From contig CAXMPC010000091.1 in assembly GCA_964195335.1 (NCBI GenBank), positions 1 to 61,086 of the forward strand: DNA of 61,086 nucleotides, written 5' to 3'. Below, one piece after another: positions 26,693-36,410 of this stretch. The DNA is from an uncultured Gammaproteobacteria bacterium. GTDB lineage: Bacteria; Pseudomonadota; Gammaproteobacteria; QNFN01. Every line of letters begins with the position of its first letter. Position 1 is the stretch's first letter. The notes beneath the pieces are model-generated. The model made no database searches and was not told where the DNA came from. It saw nothing but the letters and a program-made list of their open reading frames with translations. A program made the translations under genes and the position numbers.

Positions 26693-27688
26693 ATGGATCT
26701 CGTCTGCCCAGCCGGCAACCTGCCCGCCCTCAAAGGCGCCGTCGACAACGGCGCCAACGCCGTCTACATGGGCTTCCGCGACGACACCAACGCGCGCTCG
26801 TTCCCCGGGCTGAACTTCAGCGAGGGCAACGCCCGTGACGGCATCCGCTACGCCCATGCCAAGGGCACCAGGGTCTACGTCGCGATCAACACCTACCCGC
26901 AACCAAGCGGCTTTGCACGCTGGCAGGCGGCGGTCGACCACGCCGCGGAACTTGGCGTCGACGCGCTGATCGTCGCCGACATGTCGGTACTCGACTACGC
27001 CATGCGCGCCCATCCCGATCTGCCTCGCCACCTCTCGGTACAGGGTTCGGCCAGCAACTACGAGGCGATCCGCTTCTACCACGAGCAGTTCGGCGTGCGC
27101 CGGGTGGTGCTGCCGCGGGTGCTGTCACTGAAGCAGGTCGCACGGGTGATCGAGCAGATCCCGGTCGAGGTCGAGGTGTTCGGCTTCGGCGGCCTCTGCG
27201 TCATGGTCGAGGGTCGCTGCACCCTCTCCTCCTTTGCCACCGGCCAGTCGCCGAACGCCTGCGGCGTCTGTTCGCCGGCCAGCGCCGTGCGCTGGCAGGA
27301 GACCGCGCAGGGGCTGGAGTCACGCCTCGGTGGCCTGCTGATCGACCGCTACGGCAATGGCGAACATGCCGGTTATCCGACCATTTGCAAGGGGCGCTAC
27401 GAGGTTGGTGATGCCACCTACTACGCCATCGAGGAGCCAAGCAGCCTGAACACCCTCGAGTTGCTCCCCGAATTGCAGGCGATGGGCGTGTCCGCGATCA
27501 AGATCGAGGGACGCCAGCGCAGCCCGGCCTACGTGCGCCAGGTGGCGAAGGTGTGGCGAGAAGCCCTCGACGCCGTCGCCCGTGACCCCGAGGGGTTCAC
27601 CCCGCGCCCCGACTGGGTCGCCGCGCTGGACAAGGTCTCGGAGGGGGCTCAGACCACCCTCGGCGCCTACCACCGGCCGTGGCAGTGA
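26693..27688 (+). CDS. ubiU: U32-family protein UbiU (O2-independent ubiquinone hydroxylation)
   Basis: Peptidase U32 N-terminus (CPAGNLPALKGAVDNGANAVYMG) and a Cys cluster (C...C...CGVC). Followed by ubiV, with ubiT adjacent. Confidence 0.8.
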   Translation: MDLVCPAGNLPALKGAVDNGANAVYMGFRDDTNARSFPGLNFSEGNARDGIRYAHAKGTRVYVAINTYPQPSGFARWQAAVDHAAELGVDALIVADMSVLDYAMRAHPDLPRHLSVQGSASNYEAIRFYHEQFGVRRVVLPRVLSLKQVARVIEQIPVEVEVFGFGGLCVMVEGRCTLSSFATGQSPNACGVCSPASAVRWQETAQGLESRLGGLLIDRYGNGEHAGYPTICKGRYEVGDATYYAIEEPSSLNTLELLPELQAMGVSAIKIEGRQRSPAYVRQVAKVWREALDAVARDPEGFTPRPDWVAALDKVSEGAQTTLGAYHRPWQ

Positions 27689-27710
27689 ACCTCTCCAGGT
27701 CGAACTCGTG

Positions 27711-28640
27711 ATGAATACATTACCCCGCCTGACTCTCGGCCCGGTCCAGTACCACTGGTCACGCGCCCGTCTCGAGGCCTTCTACGAGGAGGTCGCGTCG
27801 AGTCCGGCCGAGGTGATCTACCTCGGTGAGACGGTCTGCTCCAAGCGCCGCGAACTGCAACTCGACGACTGGCTCACCATCGCCGAACGGCTGCAGACGG
27901 CAGGCAAGGAGGTGGTGCTGTCGAGCCTGACACTGATCGAGGCGGAGTCGGAGCTCAAGGCGCTGCGCCGACTCTGCGCCAACGGCCGCTTCCGGGTCGA
28001 GGCCAATGACATCGGCGCCGTGCGGCTGCTGGCCGAACAAGGGGTCGATTTCGTCACCGGCCCGGCCGTCAACATCTACAACCAGCACACCCTGGCACTG
28101 CTGTCCGGGCAGGGACTGTGCCGCTGGGTGATACCGTTCGAACTCTCCCGCGCGACCCTGGCCGAGATCCTCGCCGAGTGCCCGGACGGGGTCGAGACCG
28201 AAGTGACAGTCTTCGGCCGCATCCCACTCGCCTGGTCGGCGCGCTGTTTCACCGCACGCCATCACAACCTGCCCAAGGACGCCTGCGAGGAGGTATGTGA
28301 CCGCTACCCTGACGGGTTGTTGGTGAGCACCCGCGAGGCGGAGCCGTTTCTCGCCTTCAACGGCATCCAGACCCAGTCGGCGCAGACCTACGCCCTGGCC
28401 GGTGAACTGGCCGACATGGCCACGCTCGGCGTCGACCTGGTCAGGGTCTACCCTCAGGCCGAGGCAACCGATCGGGTGCTGACGATGTTCGCGCAGGTTC
28501 GCGACGGAGAGCTGGCCGCGAACGCGGTCCAGGCGGAGCTCGAGGAGTTGATGCCGGTCGGCCCGTGCCGCGGCTACTGGTACGGCGAAGCCGGGATCGT
28601 ACCCGCGCCGTCGGAGTCAGCTGACGTCGGAGCCGAATAG
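27711..28640 (+). CDS. ubiV: U32-family protein UbiV
   Basis: LTLGPVQYHWSRARLEAFYEEV and ARCFTARHHN...CEEVC. Partner of ubiU. Start at ATG 27711. Confidence 0.8.
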   Translation: MNTLPRLTLGPVQYHWSRARLEAFYEEVASSPAEVIYLGETVCSKRRELQLDDWLTIAERLQTAGKEVVLSSLTLIEAESELKALRRLCANGRFRVEANDIGAVRLLAEQGVDFVTGPAVNIYNQHTLALLSGQGLCRWVIPFELSRATLAEILAECPDGVETEVTVFGRIPLAWSARCFTARHHNLPKDACEEVCDRYPDGLLVSTREAEPFLAFNGIQTQSAQTYALAGELADMATLGVDLVRVYPQAEATDRVLTMFAQVRDGELAANAVQAELEELMPVGPCRGYWYGEAGIVPAPSESADVGAE

Positions 28641-29126
28641 CCGGCGGTAGGTGGCCAGCGCGCCGTCGAGCCATGCGCGGGCCGTTTCCGGGAGTTCGTG
28701 CACGCCGAAGTCGAGGCTGTCGAGCAGGTTCTTCACCTGCAGCCCGAGCTCCGTGTCCCCCTCGATCCGCAACCGGCGCTGGAAGAACAGCGTGTCCGGA
28801 TCCTCTTCCCCGGTCGCCAGCACCAGGAAGTCGTACAGGGCGCCACTCATGGTGACGTCGGCATCACGCTCCCCGGTACCGGCGTAGAAGCCTCCGACCC
28901 CGAGAAACAGCCGGTACTCGACCTGCGCGTCGTCGACCCGGATGGCGACGGTACGACCGAACAGGAACTCCAGCTCGCCGTCGGCCAGTGCCCCGGCAAG
29001 GACCCGGTCGAGCACCGTCGCCAGCACGGTCGAATGGACCACGGCCGGGACCAGGCGTAGTGGCAGGGCCAGAGCCGCCGGCAGGCGTGCGCTGCGATCG
29101 GGAGAGGTGCCGGATTCGGTCTGCAT
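28617..29126 (-). CDS. ubiT: SCP2-domain ubiquinone biosynthesis accessory factor UbiT
   Basis: SCP2 pattern (FLFGRTVAIRVDD...LFFQRRLRIEGDTELGLQVKNLLD). Convergent with ubiV, overlapping it by 24 nt. Confidence 0.75.
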   Translation of the reverse strand: MQTESGTSPDRSARLPAALALPLRLVPAVVHSTVLATVLDRVLAGALADGELEFLFGRTVAIRVDDAQVEYRLFLGVGGFYAGTGERDADVTMSGALYDFLVLATGEEDPDTLFFQRRLRIEGDTELGLQVKNLLDSLDFGVHELPETARAWLDGALATYRRLFGSDVS

Positions 29127-29230
29127 GGCGGCGCGACTATAGCATGCGCATGGCCACGCTCGACCGGAGACGCACCCTGTTCTGCTAAGCTTTTTTTACG
29201 TCCGGCACGTGACCACCAGGGACCGGGGCC

Positions 29231-29818
29231 ATGCCGACCGACGACGTCTCCACCGCAGCCGACATCAACCCCGCCGCCGATCTCTCCGAGCAGATCTCGC
29301 TGGCCGGCACCGAGGCGTCGGGGACCGGCAACATGAAACTGACACTGAACGGCGCGCTGACCATCGGCACCCTGGACGGCGCCAACATCGAGCTGCGGGA
29401 ACGGGTCGGCGAGGAGAACTTCTTCACCTTCGGCCTGGACGTCGAGGGGGTCGGGCAGCTGCGGACAGGAAACCATGAACCCGCGGCGGTCTACCACGCG
29501 GAGCCGGCACTGCAGCTGGCCCTGGACATGGTCTGCACCGGCTATTTTTCACCACAGGAGCCAGACCGCTACCGGGTGCTGGTCGACCGGCTGCTCGACG
29601 GCGGCGACCGTTTCCTGGTGCTGGCCGATTTCGCCGATTACATTGCCTGCCAGCAGCGAGTCGAGACATTGTGGCGCGAACCGGAGGCGTGGTCACGGGC
29701 GGCGATCCGCAACGTCGCCGCGATGGGTCACTTTTCCAGTGACCGCACCGTGCGCGAGTACGCGGAACGGGTGTGGGGGGTCGAGCCGCTGCCTGCCGAG
29801 CCGGAGCCGGCAGGCTGA
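29231..29818 (+). pseudogene. glgP: glycogen/maltodextrin phosphorylase remnant (only the last ~190 residues of an ~800-aa enzyme)
   Basis: PAADLSEQISLAGTEASGTGNMKLTLNGALTIGTLDGANIE (PLP-lysine block) ...FSSDRTVREYAERVW is the conserved GlgP C-terminus. No N-terminal 600 aa exist between ubiT and this ORF. Confidence 0.8.
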
Positions 29819-29824
29819 GGCGGC

Positions 29825-31081
29825 TCAGCGCTTCATCAAATCGAAGAACTCGGCATTGGTCTTGTTGGCACGCAGCTTGTCGTGCAGGAACTCCATCGCC
29901 GCAAGCTCGTCCATCGGGTGCAGCAGCTTGCGCAGGATCCACATCCGCTGCAGTTCATCGGGCTTGGTCAGCAGTTCCTCGCGCCGGGTGCCGGAGCGGT
30001 TGATGTTGATCGAGGGATAGATACGCTTCTCGGCGATACGGCGATCGAGGTGGATCTCCATGTTGCCGGTGCCCTTGAATTCCTCGTAAATCACGTCGTC
30101 CATGCGCGACCCGGTGTCGACCAAGGCGGTGGCGATGATGGTCAGGCTGCCGCCTTCCTCGATGTTCCGCGCGGCACCGAAGAAGCGCTTCGGGCGCTGC
30201 AGGGCGTTGGCGTCGACGCCACCGGTCAGCACCTTGCCCGAGGACGGCACCACGGTGTTGTAGGCGCGGCCGAGACGGGTGATGGAGTCGAGCAGGATGA
30301 CCACGTCCATCTTGTGCTCAACCAGGCGCTTGGCCTTCTCGATCACCATCTCGGCGACCTGGACATGGCGGCTGGCCGGTTCGTCGAAGGTGCTGGCGAC
30401 CACCTCGCCACGCACCGAGCGCGACATCTCGGTCACCTCTTCCGGGCGCTCGTCGATCAGCAGCACGATCAGGTAGCAATCGGGATGGCGCGCGGTGATC
30501 GACTGGGCGATGTTCTGCAGCAGCATCGTCTTACCGGCTTTCGGCGGCGAGACGATCAGGCCGCGCTGGCCCTTGCCGATCGGAGCCATCAGGTCGATGG
30601 TGCGCGCGGTGATGTCCTCGGTGCTGCCGTTGCCGATCTCCAGGTCCATCCGCTGGTTCGGGTGCAGCGGCGTCAGGTTCTCGAACAGGACCTTGTTCTT
30701 CGCCTTCTCCGGTGGCGAGAAGTTGATCTCGCTGACCTTGAGCAGGGCGAAATAGCGCTCGCCCTCTTTCGGCGGCCGGATCTTGCCCGAGACCGTGTCG
30801 CCGGTACGCAGGTTGAAGCGGCGAATCTGGCTGGGCGAGACGTAGATGTCATCGGGGCCGGCGAGGTAGGAACTGTCGGCCGAGCGCAGGAAGCCGAAGC
30901 CGTCCTGCAGGATCTCGAGCACGCCGTCGCCGAAGATGTCCTCGCCCTTGCGCGCATGGGCCTTGAGCAGTCCAAATATGATGTCCTGCTTGCGTGAGCG
31001 GGCCATCCCCTCGATTTTCATCGACTCGGTGATCTCCACCAATTGGGAGGCCGACATTTTCTTTAGTTCGGTGAGATTCAT
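29825..31081 (-). CDS. rho: transcription termination factor Rho
   Basis: MNLTELK...RFNLRTGD, Walker A PPKAGKT, full length 418 aa. Confidence 0.97.
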   Translation of the reverse strand: MNLTELKKMSASQLVEITESMKIEGMARSRKQDIIFGLLKAHARKGEDIFGDGVLEILQDGFGFLRSADSSYLAGPDDIYVSPSQIRRFNLRTGDTVSGKIRPPKEGERYFALLKVSEINFSPPEKAKNKVLFENLTPLHPNQRMDLEIGNGSTEDITARTIDLMAPIGKGQRGLIVSPPKAGKTMLLQNIAQSITARHPDCYLIVLLIDERPEEVTEMSRSVRGEVVASTFDEPASRHVQVAEMVIEKAKRLVEHKMDVVILLDSITRLGRAYNTVVPSSGKVLTGGVDANALQRPKRFFGAARNIEEGGSLTIIATALVDTGSRMDDVIYEEFKGTGNMEIHLDRRIAEKRIYPSININRSGTRREELLTKPDELQRMWILRKLLHPMDELAAMEFLHDKLRANKTNAEFFDLMKR

Positions 31082-31306
31082 CTTTATGATTGTGTGACTG
31101 TTGCGGAATCCAGAATGGAGCTCCAGACACGGAACGGCCTGGGGGTGGAGAGATCGTTGGTCTGGGCGGAACGGGTATTAAGGGTGCCGACTCTGCCGCC
31201 GGCCAGGGCGCCGGTACCGGCGCTCCGTAATCAACAGGAAGTTAGCACGTAACCGGCACCGGGTCCAGACCCGGCCCGCGCCCGGACGGGCACGGCTTCC
31301 TGACGG

Positions 31307-31633
31307 TCAGAGGCTGCTGTCGATAAACGCGGTGAGCTGCGACTTGGAGACGGCGCCGACCTTGGTCGCCTCGACATTGCCATCCTTGAACAGCATCAGG
31401 GTCGGAATGCCGCGGATGCCGTAGCGCGGCGGGGTGTTCGGATTCTCGTCGATGTTCAGCTTGGCCACGCGCAGGCGTTCGCCATACTCCTCGGCGATCT
31501 CGATGAGGATCGGCGCAATCATCTTGCACGGCCCGCACCACTCGGCCCAGAAATCGACCAGAACCGGCGTTCCGTGCTGGATCACATCTGTCTCGAAGCT
31601 GTCGTCGGTAACGTGTACCAGACCTTCACTCAC
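31307..31633 (-). CDS. trxA: thioredoxin 1
   Basis: 108 aa with the WCGPC active site. Confidence 0.97.
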   Translation of the reverse strand: MSEGLVHVTDDSFETDVIQHGTPVLVDFWAEWCGPCKMIAPILIEIAEEYGERLRVAKLNIDENPNTPPRYGIRGIPTLMLFKDGNVEATKVGAVSKSQLTAFIDSSL

Positions 31634-31812
31634 GCCTCATGCCTCCCTATCTTGTCGCCCCGTGCATGGCATGGCCCCGGGACAGAATGGCCCTCGGAAT
31701 CGCAGCGAGCCGCGAAACAGGAGACCGTAACGAGCGACATTTGAGCCGAATCTGTGGCATATTTCAACCCCGTTCGCTACCGGGCCACTGAGCTCGCAAA
31801 GATTAGGCCAAG

Positions 31813-33099
31813 ATGGCAGAAACCGTACTGACCGAAACCACCTTCCATTCCCTTGACCTGCCCGAAGAGCTCCTGCGCGGCCTGGACGAGGCCGGATTCA
31901 CCCACTGCACCCCGATCCAGGAACTAGCACTGCCGCCGTCGCTCCGCGGTGAGGACGTTGCCGGCCAGGCCCAGACCGGCACCGGCAAGTCGGCCGCTTT
32001 CCTGCTCGCCACCATGGCACGGCTGATGCGCAATCCGCCGGCGGAGGAGCATGCCGGCCAGCCGCGCACGTTGATCCTGGCCCCGACCCGTGAGCTGGCA
32101 ATCCAGATCCACAGGGATGCCACGGACCTCGGCAAGTACAGCGGGCTGCGCCTGGTGCTGGCCTACGGCGGCACCGGTTACCACGAGCAGCGCGAGGCGA
32201 TAACCGCCGGCTGCGACATCCTGATCGGCACCCCGGGACGGGTGATCGACTACCACAAGCAGGGAGTGTTCCATCTCAACGCCATCGAGGTCATCGTCCT
32301 GGATGAGGCCGACCGCATGTTCGATCTCGGCTTCATCAAGGATATCCGCTACGTATTGCGGCGACTGCCACCACCGAGCAAGCGCCTGAGCATGCTCTTC
32401 TCGGCGACCATGTCGATGCGCGTCAGCGAGCTGGCCTACGAGCACATGAACTCACCCCAGACGCTCGCCGTCGAGGCCGACAGGGTGACCGCCGACCGCG
32501 TGCGTCAGACGGTCTACCACACGGCGATGGAAGAGAAGCTGCCGCTGCTGATCGGGCTGCTCCAGCACCAGGACTCGCGGCGCAGCATCATCTTCGTCAA
32601 CACCAAGCGGGTCGCCGACCTGCTCCACGCCTACCTCACCGGCAACGATATCGAGTCGGCCGTGCTCTCGGGCGACGTTCCCCAGACCAAACGCCAGAAA
32701 CTGCTGCTGCGCTTTCAGCGTGGCGAACTGCCGGTACTGGTCGCCACCGACGTTGCCGCCCGCGGCCTGCACATCCCCGATGTCAGCCATGTCTTCAACT
32801 ACGATTTGCCGCAGGAGGCAGAAGACTACGTACACCGGATCGGCCGCACCGCACGCCTCGGCAACGCGGGCGATGCGATCAGTTTCGCCTGCGAGGAGTA
32901 CGTCTACTCGCTGCCCGACATCGAGAAATTCATTGGCCACAAAATCGACGTCGCACCGATCGACAGCGAACAACTGGTCAAGCCGAAACCCCCGGCACGC
33001 ATGGAGCCGAGGCCGCGATCAGGCCCTGGTGGGCGGCGTCCTGCCGGTGGCGGGCGTCGACCAGACGGTGGTGGCCGGCGGCCCCGGCGCAACGCCTGA
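31813..33099 (+). CDS. rhlB: ATP-dependent RNA helicase RhlB (DEAD-box)
   Basis: Q-motif, AQTGTGKS, DEAD, SAT, HRIGRTAR, and an Arg/Gly-rich C-terminal tail. Divergent from trxA as in other gammaproteobacteria. Confidence 0.9.
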   Translation: MAETVLTETTFHSLDLPEELLRGLDEAGFTHCTPIQELALPPSLRGEDVAGQAQTGTGKSAAFLLATMARLMRNPPAEEHAGQPRTLILAPTRELAIQIHRDATDLGKYSGLRLVLAYGGTGYHEQREAITAGCDILIGTPGRVIDYHKQGVFHLNAIEVIVLDEADRMFDLGFIKDIRYVLRRLPPPSKRLSMLFSATMSMRVSELAYEHMNSPQTLAVEADRVTADRVRQTVYHTAMEEKLPLLIGLLQHQDSRRSIIFVNTKRVADLLHAYLTGNDIESAVLSGDVPQTKRQKLLLRFQRGELPVLVATDVAARGLHIPDVSHVFNYDLPQEAEDYVHRIGRTARLGNAGDAISFACEEYVYSLPDIEKFIGHKIDVAPIDSEQLVKPKPPARMEPRPRSGPGGRRPAGGGRRPDGGGRRPRRNA

Positions 33100-33141
33100 T
33101 TCCAGCCAGGCCGGGCGCAGCTGCGAGCGCTCCCCAGAACG

Positions 33142-34698
33142 ATGACCACGCAGCCACAGCTGCAGTATCCCGAGGTCAACGACTTCGAGAACCCGACCTT
33201 CGAGCGGCGCGAGTCGGTCGTGCGCCGCTGGGCCAGCAACCTGCCGATACTGAACCTGGTCAAGACCGTGCCCGAGCTTACCGGGCAGCTGCCGCTGCTG
33301 GTGCACGAGCCACTCAGTCCGAGCGATCGGATGAAGCTGCTGGAGCATTTCCGCACCCCGATCAACAGCGTCTTGGCGGCGGCGGAAAACCGCCGCTTGC
33401 GCCAGACCCCGATCTCCTCCGGCGCCCGGCAAAAAATCAAGGACGGCGTCCTCACCCTCTGCTACGACCTGGCCGACGGTTACAAGGCAGCCATGCACGA
33501 CCTGCTGGAACGTGGCCGCGACCCGGCCAGCGACAAGCAGCTGCATATCTGTATCCACCGAACCCTCGAGCAGCTGCGCAACGCCCTGATGCACTCCTTC
33601 CGCATCTACCGCGCCGTACCGCCGAAACACTACCTGGAGATGCACCAGCTGCACCTCTACGCCGACCGCTGCGGTATCGCCACCAAACCGGCGCCCGATT
33701 CCGACACCTCGCCCGAGGAGGACACCCCACGGAAGGTCTACTCGCGTGCCATGCTGCTGGCGATCGCCGACCCGTTCCGCCTGGTCGACGGCGCCATCGA
33801 GGACCTTTACCGCTTCCTCTGCCGCAACGCCGAGCTGTGCCACCTCAGCGCCGGGATCGGTGGCGATACCAAGGCTGACGGGCTGTTCCTGCTGCGTAGC
33901 GACGGCGACCTGCCACCGACCCTGTTCGGACGCGCTCAACTCGACCGCGCCGGGGAGGCTCCCTACACGCTCGATGCGACACCGCTGATCCGCTTGCTGG
34001 AGCAGCCCAAGGATGCCGGCGGCGAATCTGTCGAAACCTATGCCAAGTGGCTGCTGCCGCGATTCAAGTCCGCCTGGGAGCGCGCCAGTCCCCGCAAACA
34101 GATCAACAAGAAGGCACGCGTGGCGGGTGGCCTCGAGGCAATCTGCTACCTGCTGTCGCCGGCCGGTCACGACGCCCTGACCGGAGGTGAAGGTCCCGTA
34201 CTAGGCATCGAGGTCCAGGAACTCGAGGACGAAGAGGCGACGGCCTACTCCCTCGAGACCTGGAACATCGTCAACGAAAGCGTCAACGGGTTCATGGTCA
34301 GCCACCCGGACCAGGCGGGACTTGGCATCCGGGTCGGCGACCTGGTGCTTATCGTGCCGGAGCTGGACAAGACGCCGCAGCCGGTGGTCGCCATGGTGCG
34401 CTGGTTCGGATCCAAGGAACGGACCATGCAGTGCGGGGTTGAAGTCCTGCCAGGCCACCCGACCGCGATCACCATGGAGACGGTGCTGCCCAACCCAGAA
34501 CTCCCGCGCGGGCCGGGACTCTACCTGCCGGCGGCCAAGTCGATCCAGGCGCCACCCACGCTGGTGGCGCCCAAGGGACTGCACAAACCGATGCGCAACC
34601 TGCGGGTCGACATCGGCAGCAAGAAGCAGACCGTGAGCTGTGGCGAGGTACTTACCGCCACCGAGTACATCGACCGCTTCCGCTTCGGTCGCGCCTAG
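33142..34698 (+). CDS. hypothetical 518-aa protein with a possible C-terminal PilZ-like barrel
   Basis: No family recognised for the N-terminal ~330 aa. The C-terminus carries NESVNG (N-x-S-x-x-G) and a beta-rich segment (IRVGDLVLIV...VAMVRWF...CGVEVL). The RxxxR half-motif is not convincing. Confidence 0.5.
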   Translation: MTTQPQLQYPEVNDFENPTFERRESVVRRWASNLPILNLVKTVPELTGQLPLLVHEPLSPSDRMKLLEHFRTPINSVLAAAENRRLRQTPISSGARQKIKDGVLTLCYDLADGYKAAMHDLLERGRDPASDKQLHICIHRTLEQLRNALMHSFRIYRAVPPKHYLEMHQLHLYADRCGIATKPAPDSDTSPEEDTPRKVYSRAMLLAIADPFRLVDGAIEDLYRFLCRNAELCHLSAGIGGDTKADGLFLLRSDGDLPPTLFGRAQLDRAGEAPYTLDATPLIRLLEQPKDAGGESVETYAKWLLPRFKSAWERASPRKQINKKARVAGGLEAICYLLSPAGHDALTGGEGPVLGIEVQELEDEEATAYSLETWNIVNESVNGFMVSHPDQAGLGIRVGDLVLIVPELDKTPQPVVAMVRWFGSKERTMQCGVEVLPGHPTAITMETVLPNPELPRGPGLYLPAAKSIQAPPTLVAPKGLHKPMRNLRVDIGSKKQTVSCGEVLTATEYIDRFRFGRA

Positions 34699-34718
34699 GC
34701 AGCAGAGAGTCCACGCCG

Positions 34719-35096
34719 ATGTCAGAGCTTAACGTCGCCATCGACAAGTGCAGCCGCTGTCACGGGCGGCTCTGCTGCAACTACATCACCCAGTGGATTT
34801 CGACCCCGCGCAGCAAGCGCGACTTCGAATTCCTGCTCTGGCAGCTGGCCCACCGCGGTGTGCGCGCCTACCAGGACGACGACGGTTGGTACCTGCTGAT
34901 CGAGACCCGTTGCAACCACCTCGGCGACGACGGACTGTGCACCATCTACGAAGAGCGCCCCTACATCTGCCGCGAGTACGACCACGAGTTCTGCGAGTAC
35001 GATGAGCCGTCCGAGAAGCACTTCAAGCGCTACTTCCCCGACTACGACACCCTGCTCGCCTACTGCCGGAAACGGTTTAAGCGCTGGGACGGCTAA
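34719..35096 (+). CDS. YkgJ-family (UPF0153) cysteine-cluster protein
   Basis: CSRCHGRLCC ... CNHL..DGLCTIYEERPYICREY pattern. Confidence 0.7.
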   Translation: MSELNVAIDKCSRCHGRLCCNYITQWISTPRSKRDFEFLLWQLAHRGVRAYQDDDGWYLLIETRCNHLGDDGLCTIYEERPYICREYDHEFCEYDEPSEKHFKRYFPDYDTLLAYCRKRFKRWDG

Positions 35097-35745
35097 GCGG
35101 CAACAGGTCGCCGAAGCCGTCGATGGCGGCGAATTCGGCGGTCTCGCGTGGTGGTTGCCGGCTGTCAGGCCGGCGTACCGCCAGCAGGTGGGCGATGCCG
35201 TGACGCGCCGCGCTGCGCAGGACCGGCAGGCTATCGTCGACCAGCAGCGTCGACTCCGGCATGAACGGCTCGCGCGACTGCAATCGTTCCCAGAAGGCCG
35301 GCTGCTCCTTGGGCAGACCAAGATCGTGCGCACAGACCATGCCGTCGAGGTGACCGCCGAGCCGGGTGCGGCGGAGCTTCAGCGCCAGGCTCTTGCCATG
35401 AGCATTGGTCACCAGCACCACGCGCCGCCCGGAGCCGCGCACCGCGTCGAGGAACTCGACCACGTCCGGGTGGACCGCGATCAGGTGCTCGACCTCCTGC
35501 TTGAGCTGCGCGATGTCGAGACCGAGTTGCTCGCTCCAATAGTCGACGCAGTACCAGGCCATCGTCCCCTCGACGGCTCGGTAGCGTGCCTGCAGGACCT
35601 CGCGGGCCGCCTCCAGCGTGACGGCATGGTGCTCGGCGTAGCGACGCGGCACGTGCTCGAGCCAAAAATGGTTGTCATAGTGCAGGTCGAGCAGGGTGCC
35701 GTCCATGTCGAGGAACACCGTGCTGACCGCGGACCATTCGACCAT
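35077..35745 (-). CDS. yrfG: HAD-superfamily GMP/IMP nucleotidase (YrfG-like)
   Basis: FLDMDGTLLDLHYDNHFW, VTNAH and LVDDS HAD motifs. Confidence 0.75.
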   Translation of the reverse strand: MVEWSAVSTVFLDMDGTLLDLHYDNHFWLEHVPRRYAEHHAVTLEAAREVLQARYRAVEGTMAWYCVDYWSEQLGLDIAQLKQEVEHLIAVHPDVVEFLDAVRGSGRRVVLVTNAHGKSLALKLRRTRLGGHLDGMVCAHDLGLPKEQPAFWERLQSREPFMPESTLLVDDSLPVLRSAARHGIAHLLAVRRPDSRQPPRETAEFAAIDGFGDLLPLSRPSA

Positions 35746-35867
35746 TTTTCGCCTCGTATACGGGGTTGGGGATTGACGCCAATTCTAGCGTCATCCCATC
35801 GGGACGGCCCCCGCGTTCTTGCCGCCTGTGGCACAATCGCCGCCACTCCGCCCCGACTCACGACACC

Positions 35868-36410
35868 ATGCCGACCCCGCCGAAGATCCTCAGCCGCGAG
35901 ACCGTCGCCGCCTCCCGGCTGTTCCGGGTCGAGCGCCTGGGGCTGCGGTTCTCCAACGGCCACGAAACCGAGTACGAGCGCCTGACCGGCAGCACAGACG
36001 GCGCGGTAATCGTCATCGCTGTGGACGACGACGGCACGGTGTTGCTGGTGCGTGAGTACGCCGCCGGGGTCGAGCGCTACGAACTCGGCCTGCCCAAGGG
36101 GCTGATCGAGTCTGGCGAAAGCCCGGAGCAGGCCGCACTGCGGGAACTTCGCGAGGAGACGGGCTTCGGGGCCCGGCGATTACTCCCGCTGCAGATGCTC
36201 ACCCTCGCCCCGGCCTACATGCAGCACGGCACCCGCATGGTGCTCGCCGAGGAGCTCTACCACGCCCCGCTGCCTGGCGACGAACCGGAGCCGCCGGAGC
36301 TGGTCCGCTGGCCTCTGGATCGGCTTGCCGAACTGGCCGAGCGGCCCGATGTCACCGAGGCGCGCACCCTGGCCGCGCTGTTCCTGATCCGCGAGAGACT
36401 TCACTCATGA
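35868..36410 (+). CDS. nudE: NUDIX hydrolase (ADP compounds hydrolase NudE-like)
   Basis: Nudix box GLPKGLIESGESPEQAALRELREETG. Start at ATG 35868. Confidence 0.75.
   Translation: MPTPPKILSRETVAASRLFRVERLGLRFSNGHETEYERLTGSTDGAVIVIAVDDDGTVLLVREYAAGVERYELGLPKGLIESGESPEQAALRELREETGFGARRLLPLQMLTLAPAYMQHGTRMVLAEELYHAPLPGDEPEPPELVRWPLDRLAELAERPDVTEARTLAALFLIRERLHS

Noticed and set aside
29811-29826. GCTGAG-GCGG-CTCAGC hairpin spanning the stops of the glgP remnant and rho
   Set aside because: Only a 6-bp stem with no U-tract on either strand; not called as a terminator.
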